Shown here one piece after another: positions 49,893 through 62,063 of a DNA stretch of 64,000 nucleotides; the first letter of the stretch is position 1; each line of letters begins with the position of its first letter. The DNA comes from Hypanus sabinus (Eukaryota): assembly GCF_030144855.1 (NCBI RefSeq), contig NC_082710.1, forward strand, positions 171,926,001 to 171,990,000, given 5' to 3'. The position numbers were made by a program, and so were the translations under genes. The notes beneath the pieces were generated by a model. It made no database searches. It was not told the origin of the DNA and worked only from the letters and a program-made list of their open reading frames with translations.

Positions 49893-51867
49893 AAACATAG
49901 AATCATAGAAAACCTACAGCACAATACAGGTCCTTCGGCCCACAAAGCTGTGCCGAACAAGTACTTACTTGGAAATGCTTACTTAAGGTTACCCATAGCC
50001 CTCAATTTTTCTAACCTCTATGTTCCTATCCAGCAGTCATTTAAAAGACCCTATCGTATCCGCCTCCATCGCTGCCGCCGGCAGCCTTATCCATGCACTC
50101 ACCACTCGCTCCGTAAAACACTTTCCCCTGGCAGCTCCTCTGTACCTACTTCCAAGTACCTTAAAATGTGCCTTCTCACGTTAGTCATGTCAGCCCCTGG
50201 GAAAAGCCTCTGACTATCCACAAGGTCAATGCCTCTCATCAACGTATACATCTCTATCAGGAAACATCTCAGCCGCCGTTGTTCCAAGGAGAAAAGGCCG
50301 ATTTCACTCAAACTATTCTCATAAGGCATGCCCCCCAATCCAAGCAACATCCTTGTAAATCTTCTCTGCAAACTTTCTATAGTTTCTGCACCCTTCCTCT
50401 AGTGAGGTGACCAGAAATGAGCTCAGTACTCCAAGTGGGGCCTGACTAGGGTCCTATACAGCTGTAACATTACCTCTCGGATCTCAAACTCAATCTTATG
50501 ATTGAGGAAGGCCAAAGCAGCGTATACCATCTTAACAACAGAGTCAATCTGCGCAGCAGCTCAGACCCCAAGATCCCTCTAATCCTCCACACTGCCAAGA
50601 GCCTTACCATTAATACTGTATTCTGCCATCATATTTGACCTACCAAAATGTACCACCTCAACTTATCTGGGTTTAACTCCGTCTTCCACTTCTCATCCCA
50701 GTTTTTCAACCCATCGGTATCTCGCTGTAACACCTGAAAGCCCTCCACACTATCCAGAACATCGGCAACCTTTGTGTCATCAGCAAATGTACTAACCCAT
50801 CCTTCCACTTCCCAGTTCAGGTTATTTATAAAAATCACGAAAAGGGATCCCAGTACAGATGACTGAGACACACCACTGGTCACCGATCTCCATGCAGAAT
50901 ATGACCCGTCTACAACCACTGTTTGTCTTCTGTGAGCAAGCCAGTTCTGGATCCACAAAGCAATGTCAAGTCAAGCCAAGTCAAGTCAACTTTTATTGTC
51001 ATTTCGACCATAACTACTGGCACAGTGCATAGTAAAAATGAGACGTTTTTCAGGACCATGGTGTTACATGACACAGTACAAAAAACTAGACTGAACTACA
51101 TAATAAATAAAAACACAGAGAAAGCTACACTAGACTACAGACCTACACAGGACTGCATAAAGTGCACAAAACAGTGAAGACATTACAATAAATAATAATC
51201 AGGACAGTAGGGCAAGGTGTCAGTCCAGGCTTCGTGTATTGAGGAGTCTGATAGCTTGGGGGAAGAAACTGTTACATAGTCTGGTCTTGAGAGCCCGAAT
51301 GCTTCGGAGCCTTTTCCCAGACGGCAGGAGGGAGAAGAGATTGTATGAGGGGTGCATAGGGTCCTTCATAATTCTGTTTCCCCTTGGATCCCATGCTTCT
51401 TTACTCTCCCATTAAGCGTTGCATGGGGTACCTTATCAAATGACTTGCTGAAATCCATAAATACTACATCTAGGCTCTACCTTCATGAATGTGTTCAGTC
51501 ACAGCCTCAAGAAATTCAGTCAGACTTCTAAGGCACGACCTGCCTTTGACAAAGCTATGCTGACTACTTTTATTCATATTATACCTCTCCAAATGTTCAT
51601 AAATCCTGCCTCTCACGATCTTTTCCATCAACTTACCAAGCACTGAAGTAAGACTCAGTGGTCTATAATTTCCTTGGTTATTTCTACTCCCTTTTTCAAT
51701 AAGGGAACACATCTACAACCCTCAAATCCTCTGCAACCTCTCCTGTCCCTATTGATGATGCAAAGATCATTGCCAGAGGCTCAGCAATCTCCTTTCTCGC
51801 CTCCCACAGGAACCCGTGGTACATGTCTTCCGGTCCCGGAGACTTATCCAACTTGGTGCTTTCCAAT
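49893..51867 (-). mobile_element. CR1 LINE interrupted by a Rex/Babar insertion
   Basis: ORFs 50099, 50629 and 51470 are CR1 RT; the host joins as caatgt^ccccttggatccc across the insertion. Confidence 0.88.
50967..51379 (-). mobile_element. Rex/Babar LINE 3' end nested in CR1
   Basis: (caagt)n tail at the left; the reverse frame resembles LLPSG..LRSIRAL..RLCNSFFPQAIRLLN. Confidence 0.75.
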
Positions 51868-51914
51868 TTGGACTGGGGACATTCAACTGACCAAAAACTG
51901 TCAAGACATCATAT

Positions 51915-52170
51915 ACAATGAATCTGAATCAAATCAGAATCAGGTTTATTATCACCGGTAAATGTCGTGAAATCTGTGTCGTGAGATTCAGATTAATATA
52001 TTTTATCACATGTATATCAAAACATACAGTGATATTCGTCGTTTGTGTTAACAAAACACCCAATAATGAGCAGGGGACAGACCGCAAGTACTTCAACATC
52101 TTCCGGCTCCAGCATAGCATTCCTACAATGTATCGAAGTACAACACCAGCAGCGGCAATAACAACAGCAA
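51915..52170 (-). mobile_element. LINE-type 3'UTR repeat
   Basis: (tctga)n-type tail and a body homologous to 40375-40600. Confidence 0.6.
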
Positions 52171-52975
52171 AACAGAAACACTCTTGAAGAACATACACAA
52201 AATGCATTTGGACCTGATCAGCAGCATCGATGGAATATTTACTAGATTTTAACTGACCGGTTGAGGTCTGCGGGACGTTGTGTGTGAACAGCAAAACAAG
52301 CTCCTTTTCCACCCTGCCATTTTAAGCGAATAATCAACACCTGCTTCGTAAAAATATTTGCTGTAAAATAGGGGTATTTGAGGAATATATGTTACTGTAC
52401 TTGAACTGCAGACTGGTGCATAAACGTTTATAAAATTTGCAACCTGCGCTTTCATCAGGTATGAAGTGTGTAAACCAATAAATGATTACCGATGCTTAGT
52501 GTGTTTCAATGTTTGCCAGCGACCAGCGAATCATGACTTGCCCGAGAACTGGATGATGTTCGTTCCAATACTTCAGTGCAGCATTTATCATTTCCGGGAA
52601 TAATTCAAAAACAAGGAAACCAGACTTCTGAAATTCATTAAATCAGGAAACATCCTAATTAATTAGAACCACAACATTCAACCATTACCTTTAAAACACT
52701 CATACTTAATATCAATTCTATAAATTTGTTAACTATACAGTATTTTAGTAAAGCTGTGCAAGTTTTCTATGCAATAAAGAACAAAATTCGGAACACCCTA
52801 CATATGATATTACACTGCACTTCTAGTTGTCTTAACTTTTACACTTTTACAAAAATTTCGTTTATATCGTCTCTTTATCGAATGGCTGGATAATTGACGA
52901 CACAAAGAATTTCTATGGTTTTAAGTTGAATGTTTTGCTGATAGCGCATTCTTCTCTTATATGGTCTTAAGTTCC

Positions 52976-53091
52976 CTAAATGTACATAAGGACAATAATT
53001 AAAATATTGGTCACGATAAACGCTGCAAGCTTCACTCCAAATACAATGAACCGCGATCGCCGATTCCTGCTGCTTTCTAGCGGGGTCACAT
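52976..53091 (-). CDS. Stalk/transmembrane exon paralogous to TM1, Lys in the TM and no cytoplasmic tail (TM2)
   Basis: Acceptor ctgcttcgttttcaacag|, phase 1. Reads (D)VTPLESSRNRRSRFIVFGVKLAAFIVTNILIIVLMYI* and shares GVKL-x2-F-x3-NI with TM1. It is absent from the ORF track. Confidence 0.75.
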
Positions 53092-53339
53092 CTGTTGAAA
53101 ACGAAGCAGTAGATTTCACAATTACTTTCCTGGCTTCGATTTATTTACAATTAATCTTGTGGGTTGGATTACTCCCCATTTTTTCCCTATACGGGCACAT
53201 ATAACCTAGTAATTGTCGTTGCTGTAGATTTCACATCAGTATTGATCTGCAAAGCAGGATATTTGTATTATTTTATCAGACATGCTTCAACAATTATCAT
53301 TGTTGCTTTTCACCAACTTAAACATCATCTATAGCAATA

Positions 53340-53560
53340 TACAAAATGCTGGAGGATCTCAGCTAGTCAGGCAACAACAATGAAGGGGAATAAACAGTCG
53401 ACATTTCGGACGGAGACCCTTCATCTAAAGATCCTCATCCTGATGAAGTCTCCACACTAAAAGTCGAATGCTATTTTTTTTTCATTGATGCTGCCTCACC
53501 TGCCGAGTTCCTCCATATTTTGCAAGTGTTACTCGGATTTCAACATTTCGCAGAATCTCT
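53340..53560. mobile_element. Inverted pair of Penelope-like termini (degenerate)
   Basis: aaaatgctggagg...acagtcgacatttcggacggagacccttcatc faces cctgatgaag...gatgctgcctcacctgccgagttcctcc. Confidence 0.6.
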
Positions 53561-53654
53561 TGGGTTTACCAAAAACTCCCATCTTCTGGTTTTAAGCATG
53601 AAAGGATGATGACTTCTGCCTTAATGTTCAGAATGAAGTTCATCACAATTAAAA

Positions 53655-54090
53655 CTTCCCCACCATTGAGCACGTCTATAAGGACGCTGTCGAAGTAAAG
53701 CAGCATCTATCATCAAGGATGTCCGCCATCCAAGTCACGCTCTCTTCTCATTGCTGCCATCAGGAAGGAGGCACAGGATCCTTGGGTCCCACACCGCCAG
53801 GTTCAGAAACAGTTATAACCTTCAACCATCAGGCTCTAGAACCAGACTTGATAAGTTTACTCATCTCGACCTAAACTGATTCCACAGCCTATGCACTCAC
53901 CTTCAAGGACTCTACAACTCATGTTCCCAATAGTTACATTAATTTATAAATTTATTTATTCATTTGTTTCTTTGTTTTGTCTTTTGCACATAGGTTGTGT
54001 GTTGTTGTGTGCAGTTTTTCATTCATTCCATTGCGTTACTTATTATATGATGTGAATACCCGCAAGAAAATGAACGTCGGGGTATCATAT
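53655..54090 (+). mobile_element. Rex/Babar LINE 3' end
   Basis: Degenerate PTIEHVY...KAASIIKD..HPSHALFSLLPSGRR...RFRNSY.PSTIRL. Confidence 0.75.
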
Positions 54091-54107
54091 GGAACTTCTT
54101 GGTCGCA

Positions 54108-56380
54108 ATGAGCAAAGGTATGTTTGTAGAAAAAACAGGGCAAAATTTCATGAAAAGAACATCTCTCCAACTGTTAAGCATGGGTGTGGATCGATCATAC
54201 TTTGGGCTTGTGTTGCAGCTATCGGCACGGCCAACAATCCTTAGGAACTAATCCGGAATCTAAGGAGTTTTGAAAAATTACCACTAATGCATCCACTATT
54301 TCTTGGGCTCCTGAGGATTGGAGGGTGGCTAATGTAACCCCACTTTTTAAAAAAGGAGGGAGAGAGAAACCGGGGGATTACAGACCGGTTAGTCTGACAT
54401 CGGTGGTAGGGAAAATGCTAGAGTCGGTTATCAAAGACGGGATAACAGCACATTTGGAAAGAGGTGAAATCATCGGACAAAGTCAGCATGGATTTGTGAA
54501 AGGAAAATCATGTCGGACGAATCTTATAGAATTTTTTGAAGATGTAGCTTATAGAGTGGATAGGGGGGAGCCAGTGGATGTGGTATATGTATATTTTCAA
54601 AAGGCTTTTGAAAAAGTCCCACACAGGAGATTAGTGTGCAAACTTAACGCACACGGTATTGGGGGTATGGTATTGATGTGGATAGAGAATTGGTTGGCAG
54701 ACAGGAAGCAAAGAGTGGGAGTACACGGTACCTTTTCAGAATGGCAGGCAGTGGGGTACTAGTGGGGTACCACAAGGCTCAGTGCTGGGACCCCACTTGT
54801 TTACAATAATGATTTGGACGAGGGAATTAAATGCAGCATCTCCAAGACTGTGGATGACACGAAGCTGGGCGGTGGTGTTAGCTGTGTGGAGGATGCTAAG
54901 CGGATGCAGGGTGACTTGGACAGGTTAGGTGAGTGGACAAATTCAGGGCAGATGCAATTTAATGTGGATAAATGTGAGGTTATCCACTTTGGTTACAAGA
55001 ACAGGAAAACAGATTATTATCTGAACAGTGGCCGATTAGGAAAAGGGGAGATGCAACGAGACCTGGGTGTCATTGTAGACCAGTCTTTGAAGGTGGGCAT
55101 GTAGGTACAGCAGCCGGTGAAAAAGGCTAATGATATGTTGAAATTCATAGCAAAAGGATTTGAGTACAGGAGCAGGGAGGTTCTACTGCAGTTGTACAAG
55201 GCCTTGGTGAGACCGCACCTAGAATATTGTGTGCAGTTTTGGTCCCCCAATCTGAGGAAAGACATCCTTGCCATAGAGGGAGTATAGAGAAGCTTCACCA
55301 GATTGATTCCTGGGATGGCAGGACTTTTATATGAAGAAAGACTGGACCGACTAGGCTTATACTCACTGGAATTTAGAAGATTGAGGGAGGATCTTATTGA
55401 AACGTATCAAATTCTAAAGGAATTGGACAGGCGAGATGGAGGAAGGTTGTTTCCTATGTTGAGGAAGTCCAGAACGAGGGGTCACAGTTTAAGGATAAAG
55501 GGGAAACCTTTTTAGGACCGAGATGAGGGAAAATCTTCTTCACACAGATAGTGGTGAATCTGTGGAATTCTCTGCCACAGGAAACAGTTGAGGCCGGTTC
55601 ATTGGCTATATTTAAGAGGAAGTTAGATATGGCCCTTGTGGCTAAGGGGATCAGGGTGTATGCAGAGAAAGCAGGTATAGGGTTCTGAGTTGGATGATCA
55701 GTCCAACGGCGGTGCAGACTCGAAGGGCCGAATAGCCTACTCCTGCACCTATTTTCTATGTTTCTATGTTTCTATTTCACTGGTAGAGGGAAGAATGAAT
55801 TCAATTAAATGCCAGAAAATTCTGGAAGCAAGCATCACATCGTCTGCATAAAAAGCTGAAGATAAAAAGACGATGACGTCTACAACAGGATTATCATCCT
55901 AAACACACCCCAAAATCCACAATAGACTACCTCAAGAGGCGCAGGCTGAAGGTTTTGCTATGGCCCTCACAGTCCCCTGACCAAAACATCATTGAAAATC
56001 TGTGGATAGACATCAAAAGAGTAGTGCATGCAAGTCGGCCCAAGAATCTCACAGAACTAGAAGCCTTTTGCAAGGTGGAATGGGCGAAGATCCCACAAAC
56101 AAGAATTGAAAGACTCTTAGCTGGCTACAGAAAGTGACTACAAGCTGTGTTACTTGCCAAAGTACTGAACACGTAGGGTGCCCAAACTTTTGCTTCCGGC
56201 CCTTTTCCTTTTTTTGTTAGTTTGAAACTTTAAAAGGTGGAAATAAAAAAGTAAACATGCTTAAAATATTAAAGAACTGTGTCCTCATTAACTTCATGCC
56301 TTTTGGAGATCAGGTCATCATAGCTATTCACAGTAACAGAAATTTTGACCGGGGTGCCCAAACGTTTGCATGCCTCTGTA
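54108..56380 (+). mobile_element. Tc1/mariner transposon 3' half, split by a CR1 insertion (segments 54108-54236 and 55776-56380)
   Basis: PTVKHG.GSIILWAC.A on the left resumes as SLVEGRMNS on the right, then Q..HPKHT and WPSQSPD.N.IENLW (DDE). The terminal repeat ends ctg+TA at 56380. Confidence 0.85.
54235..55775 (+). mobile_element. CR1 LINE with an inverted 5' segment (54235-54303), inserted in Tc1
   Basis: ORFs 54325, 54814 and 55303 are CR1 RT; the (ctatgttt)3 tail is at 55755-55775. Confidence 0.92.
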
Positions 56381-56384
56381 CATA

Positions 56385-58020
56385 GCACAAGGCACATGTA
56401 ACACATACAAGATAGCAGTTAAGTACAGTTGGGCGATGTGCTTTGAAGGGCTGGAAAGGCCTATTCCATGCTGTACCTCATAAATAAGTTGCTTACCCAG
56501 ACCCCTCTGTTCTACTACACCCCTCAGTGCCCTTGGCAACATATCACCCTTGTCTGCATTAAATTTCATCTGCTGTTTTCAACTCATTTTTCGAGCTGGG
56601 CTAGATCCCACGGCAAGCTTTAATAGTCTTGCTCGTTGTCCAATACACTCCCTGTCTTGTGCCATCCATAAATCTGCTAATCCATTTTCCCACATTATCA
56701 TCAGGATTGCTAACATAGATGACAAACAAGATCGGACACAGCACACATCCCTGCGGCACACCACTACTCATGGGACTCCAGTTAGTGAGACCACCATTCT
56801 ACGTCCACACTCTGGCCTCTTCTGCAAAGCCAATGTGTAATCCAATTTAGCATCTCACCTTGAATGTCAAGCAACTTAGAATTCTTCAGCAACCTCCGAT
56901 TCGCTACCTTGTGAAACACCTTGCTAAAATCCATGTGGGTAACATCCACTGCCTTCGTCAACTTTCCTGGTAACTGCTCCAAACTCCGCATAAGAGTAGG
57001 CACGATTTACCAGGCACAAACCTCTGATCAGTCCCTGCCTATCCAAATACTTATATAACTGGCCCCTCAGAACACCATCCAATAATTTACCATGACTGAT
57101 GTCAGGCTCACTGGCCTACAATGCCCTGGATTAGAGCCCCATTTAAACAACCGGATAACATTAGCTATCCTCCAATCCTCCGGCACCTCATCTGTGGCTA
57201 AGGTTGTTTTAAATATCTCTGCTAGGGCCTCTCAAATCTCTGCACATATCCCTCAGGATTGAGAGAACATATTTTCAGTCCCCAGGGATTTATCCACCCT
57301 AATTTGCTTGAACAAACATCTCCTTCTCAGGAATATGTATGGTCCATTATCTCGCTGCTGCATTGCCTCACATCTATAGGCGCTGTGTCCATCTCAACAG
57401 TAAATAGAGGTACAAAAATCTGTTGAACATCTGCCCATCTCTTTCAGATCCTCGCATATATGACAGCTCTGAACTTTCAGATGCCCAATTTTGTCTCTTG
57501 CTGTCCTTTTGCTCTCAATATATGAAAAACAGGGTGTCAGTTGGGACGAAAGCCAATTTCCTCTGTTCTCCGCAATGATTATCTCCATGGCACTGAGGCT
57601 ATGAAGACTGCCCTGGCTGTTTTGCTCCATCCCAGCTAATGATAAACTGATACGAGAGGCTTTGGGCCTACTCCATGCTGCTTCGGGGTTCAGATATGGT
57701 TCAGAATACTGTTGTTTGTTTAAATTGATTGTATCATGAGCTGTTTTTTTATTTCCCTTGAGCATCGAGAGATGGTGTTTTATTTTTTTATTTTTATTTC
57801 TTTAAATTGGGTTCTTTCGGGTTTCTTGCTTTGTGGCTACCTGTGAGCAAGCAAATCTCAAGGTTGTATAATTTATACATTCTTTGATAATAAATGTACT
57901 CAAATATTGAATATATCTGTAGAAGCCCTTAAGATTCTCCTTCACGTTGTCTGCTGCTGCAACCTCGTACCTTCTTTTAGCCCTCCCGATTTATATAGTC
58001 TTTTCTTGCATTTCTTGTTT
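56385..58020 (-). mobile_element. Decayed CR1 LINE, with a plus-strand LINE 3' end inserted at about 57565-57910
   Basis: Broken CR1 motifs (ORFs 56579 and 56782; KARDKIG.LKVQS; KENLKGFYRYI). Confidence 0.7.
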
Positions 58021-58794
58021 CCGGTCAGATGGCAGCGCGCTCTGATGATCCGGCTTCTGCAAGGTCAACCAAGGCTGTTATTTAAATGCATTGTTTACAA
58101 TCGCAAGACCATGCGGGACATTAACAAATTAAAGTACTGTTCTGTAGGCCTACCCATCAGTGAGTTGCTCATTGGCGGAGAAAATGAAGTAGCTGCACTT
58201 GGTGCGGACTCTGATACTGCCGGCAACAGACAGTGAAGGAGGTGAGCAGCTTAACAGCAAGGGATTGACATAACCCGTGACAGAATTGGCTGTAACCACC
58301 GGTTCTATAGTTTGATCTATGCCTCTTATCACCTAGTACAGCTCTATCATGCCCCTTATCTTCCTTCGCTGCAAAGCCTTTGAACGATTTTGGACGTTTG
58401 ATCACTAAAGTCCTCCTACCTTTGATAGACTAAGTGGCTGGCTTTGAACTGAACGTTGGTTTCTGAAAGGAACGCCCAATTCAGTTCCGCTCTCCCTTCA
58501 TTGACCGAATAGGTTCTTTAATTTACCGTTACTCCGAAACGTACCGCGACTCTAATCCCGGTAACAACGTCACAGTTTAATAGTCGTTTTTAACCAACAG
58601 TGACGGAAATTTACGTGATGTACTTCTGCACTGCATTAGAAATTACAGCGATTTTAAAATATATTATTGAAACAAGGGGTTGTGGTGGTGTGACTGTCGT
58701 TCGAGTTACTAATTCTATCCCTGTCCATTTGCCGGCAGGAATGCATCTGCCACAATTTGTTCTTACTTATGGCTAAAGGCGCCATGATAGCGAA

Positions 58795-59020
58795 GCAGGC
58801 AGCGTGGCGCTTTGCGCAGCGACACGGGTTCATTTCCCGCCAGTGTCTGTGAGGAGTTTACACGTTCCTCTCGTGATCGCCTGTGTTTCTTCCGGATGCT
58901 CCGGTTTCTGTCCACATTCTAAAGATATACGGGTTCGTAGGTTAACTAGTTAAGTAACTCTAATTGGGCAGCACGGGTTCTTTGGGATGGAAGGGGTTAT
59001 CACCGGTATGTACCTCAAAT
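58795..59020 (+). mobile_element. V-SINE/HE1-type SINE
   Basis: cacgggttcatttcccgcc...gatgctccggtttctgtccacattctaaaga...gtaggttaact. Confidence 0.7.
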
Positions 59021-59024
59021 AAAA

Positions 59025-59390
59025 GATTCAAGGTACATTTATTAGCAAGGAATGTATAAGTTATAAAACATTGAGATTCGTTTGCTTACAGGCGGCCACA
59101 AAACAAGAAATCCGAAGAACCCAGTTTAAAGAAAAACTAATACCCAGTGCGCAGAGTGAGAGAAAACATACACAAAGCATTCAAACAGTTAAAGTAACCA
59201 ACAGCATTCCGAACCATACTCAGTCCGCAGAACCGGAGTCAGGAGCCGCAGGAGTAGGCCCACAGCCTCAGTCTCGGTTCATCACACAGCGAGTCAAAAC
59301 GCCGCGGGGCAGGAAGACAAGAAGCGTGGAGCATCCTGAACAGTCTCACCAATTCGGCGCCGCAGAGGGAGGAGTAAATCTCCATCAGGG
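59025..59390 (-). mobile_element. LINE 3'-end repeat, same family as 57565-57910
   Basis: Its reverse complement shares gggttctt.cgg.tttcttg..ttgtggc..cctgt.agcaa.c.aatctcaa.gtt with the 57.8 kb copy. Confidence 0.6.
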
Positions 59391-59399
59391 GATAAGAAA

Positions 59400-59750
59400 T
59401 AGGAGCATAAATAGGCCATTCGGCCCATCGAGTCTGCTCCACCATTCAATGATGGACTGATCCAATTATTCCACTCATACCTACTCCGCTGCTTTCTCCC
59501 CATACCCTTTGATGCCCTGGCTATTCAAGAACCTATCTCTCTCTGACTTAAATGCACCCAATAACTTGGCCTCCACAGCCGCTCCTGGCAACAAATTCTA
59601 CGGATTTACCACCCTCTGTCTAAGTAATTTCTCCGCATCTCTGTTCTAAATGGAAGTCGTTCAGTTCTGAAGTCCTGCCCTCTTGTCCTCGACTCCCCTG
59701 CCATGGGAAATAACTTTGCCATATCTAATCTGTTCAGGCTTTTTAACATT
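59400..59750 (-). mobile_element. CR1 3' fragment
   Basis: aggccattcggcccatcgagtctgctccaccattcaat...accaccctctg...gtcctcgactcccc is a CR1 3'UTR/C-terminus. Confidence 0.75.
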
Positions 59751-59789
59751 TGGAAGACCAGGCAGAATCGGCCCGACCCTGCCTGGGGT

Positions 59790-60140
59790 CCAGCACCCTA
59801 CCTTTTCAGTCTATCTGGCCGGCGTTTAAATCTTTCAGATACCGGTTCGTGACCCACACCGGGACCCGAGACCCGCCACCGCTCTGGGCCTGTGCCCGCC
59901 GCCCAGCCCGAGGCCGTTCCGGACCGTTCTAAGTCGGCTCGAAGCTCAGATCGATCTAAGCTCGCACCCGGTTTAGCTGGACGGGATCCAAGGTCCGTCC
60001 GCATCGAGTCTTCAAAGATTCACTCTCTCCAACTCAGTCTCCTTTTCGACCTCGCTTCTCCTCGAACATACCACGCTCCGACTTTGCATCGCACTCGCAC
60101 GGCTCAATCCTCGTGTCTGCCTCGCCTTCGCTCTCCACTT
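59790..60140 (+). repeat. CpG-rich unclassified repeat (homologous to 4583-4805)
   Basis: See the 4583-4805 entry; this copy extends into a CT-rich tract. Confidence 0.65.
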
Positions 60141-60447
60141 CGTTGTTTGGGTGATAGTTTACCCCAATGTACCACAGAAAAAGTGTTAGTAATAGAAAAT
60201 ATTTAGTCGTATTTCTTGCCTTTATGTCATAAAAATAATGAAGTTTTAGATGTGAATGTTGTTCACATGCCCGTAATGACAGGCAAAATTGATTGGGAGA
60301 TATGCCAAGACTGCACTCATTTGTTGCACATAAACTTTGGAGGAGTAAAGCAGAATGAGCAGGAACAACTACTTTTTTCTTCGCAACAAACAACCTGCCG
60401 GAAGATCTCAACGCGTCTAGGGGCATGTATGGAGCAAAAGACAGTAG

Positions 60448-60562
60448 GTAGCGTAGGTACTGTAGCGATTAGCATGAACGATTTACAGCGCCAGCGACTC
60501 CCGTTCAGTGCCCGCCGCTCTCGGTAATGAGCTCGTACATTCTCCCCGTGACGGGGCGGGGT
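60448..60562 (+). mobile_element. V-SINE 5' fragment
   Basis: ctgtagcgattagc...cccgttca...gtacattctccccgtgac...gggtttc. Confidence 0.55.
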
Positions 60563-61784
60563 TTCTCAGGGTCACGTAGGTGTAGTTGAGCCCAGCGGGC
60601 TCTTTGCGCCGGCAGGCCCTGTTTCTACGTGTCTCCAAGTAAATATCTATAAGTGAGTAAGACTGCGATGGACAGAGATCCCGATTCAGGGCTATTTTAT
60701 TGCACGAGGAATAGTGTGGTTGTACACTTCGAGTTACTGAGGTAAATAACAAAATACATCACGAAAACATATTAGATTGTCTCTAGATCTACTGGTGGTA
60801 AGGTCGCAAGAGGGCTGCAAGAAGACTCGTGTGAATATAATCATTAATATAGATTGGTTGAGTAAGTGTCTTCTTCTTGCACTGAAGAATCGACATAGCA
60901 TTCTGCTGAATAGAACATAAGTTTTGACATGTAAAACAGAAATTTAAAAAAGAGAGTTTATGGAAAATTGAAACAAAAACAGAAAATTGCAGAAATACTT
61001 GGTGGGTCCAGCAGCATCACACCAGGACAGGAGAGGATAGAGAGAGAAAAATCGCGTCAATTTTAAGAGAAGGTGAGAGAGAAAAGTGGGTGTATGTTTG
61101 AAAATGTGAGACTAGGATTGCCATGGAGATAAACTGTTAGTGCAGTCAACTGGCTGATAGATGAATGAGGGCAGTTAGAGATGTCGGCATCAAACAGTCG
61201 AGTATTTGCCCTGTTGAATGCAGGTCAAGAGGTGGGATAAAAAGAAAAAAATAGATCAGACTCGTTTTTGGAGATAAACAAAAATTTGTAACATATATAA
61301 GAACTAGTTAGTTCTAATGCAGAGAAAGCGAATTACATGAAATGATTGAATTCGCTATCATGTACCGAAGAGTTCAACGTACATAAAATGGGTCGCTGTT
61401 CATGACGAATTCATTTTCAGAATTATGTTCAATATCACCAGCACATGTTCTGAAATGTGTTGTCTTTGAGACACATAATATTAGAACACATAATATTATA
61501 AAAAACGTGAATGACGTAAATATGTTTAGTTAAATTAAATAAACGGTGCAAAAAGAAATAAAGAGGTAGTGTGGTAGTGTTCATGGGTTCAATTACTATT
61601 CATAAATCAAATGGTAGAGGGGAAGAAGCTGTTCCTGAATCCTGAATGGTCTAACTTGCTACAGAGTAAACACTGAACGAGGAATGCATTCATGAAATTA
61701 AACAGAACTCCTTCCTGATCGATGGTCCTCTGAGAAACTGACTCCAAAAAATTGAAATGATCTCTAAGTACCAGAATCCATCAG

Positions 61785-61790
61785 TTTATT
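61785..61790 (-). promoter_or_regulatory. Candidate polyadenylation signal of the ITIM-bearing gene
   Basis: Minus-strand AATAAA about 275 nt downstream of the stop at 62064. Confidence 0.4.
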
Positions 61791-62063
61791 TAATTATTTT
61801 ACTTCAAATTCACTTCGGAGTACCGGAACATATTACTTTTCAGTTTACCATTTTAATGTCACTTCTTCATCCGCATGTAATGAAATAATTATGCTTAAAA
61901 ATGTTAATTTCGAATAGTGATTAAAGTCTAATCTTAACTATACCTGTAATAGCAAAAGCATACAGACAAATTGCCATGAACTCCTAGAATGTCAACTATG
62001 CAACTAATCCAACTAAACCGGTGCCTATACTGGAAGCCCCTCTTTCATTTGGAAATTAATACA

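Noticed and set aside
51929-52312. ORF with an apparent Arg-containing TM helix (CFCFAVVIAAAGVVLRYIVGMLCW)
   Set aside because: It lies in a dispersed repeat 3'UTR homologous to 40375-40600, so the hydrophobicity comes from TG-rich composition.
58330-58520. Possible decayed V exon (SVNEGRAELNWAF...CSEGR)
   Set aside because: It lacks the canonical Cys, Trp and DxGxYYC and has multiple stops; the similarity is not convincing by eye.
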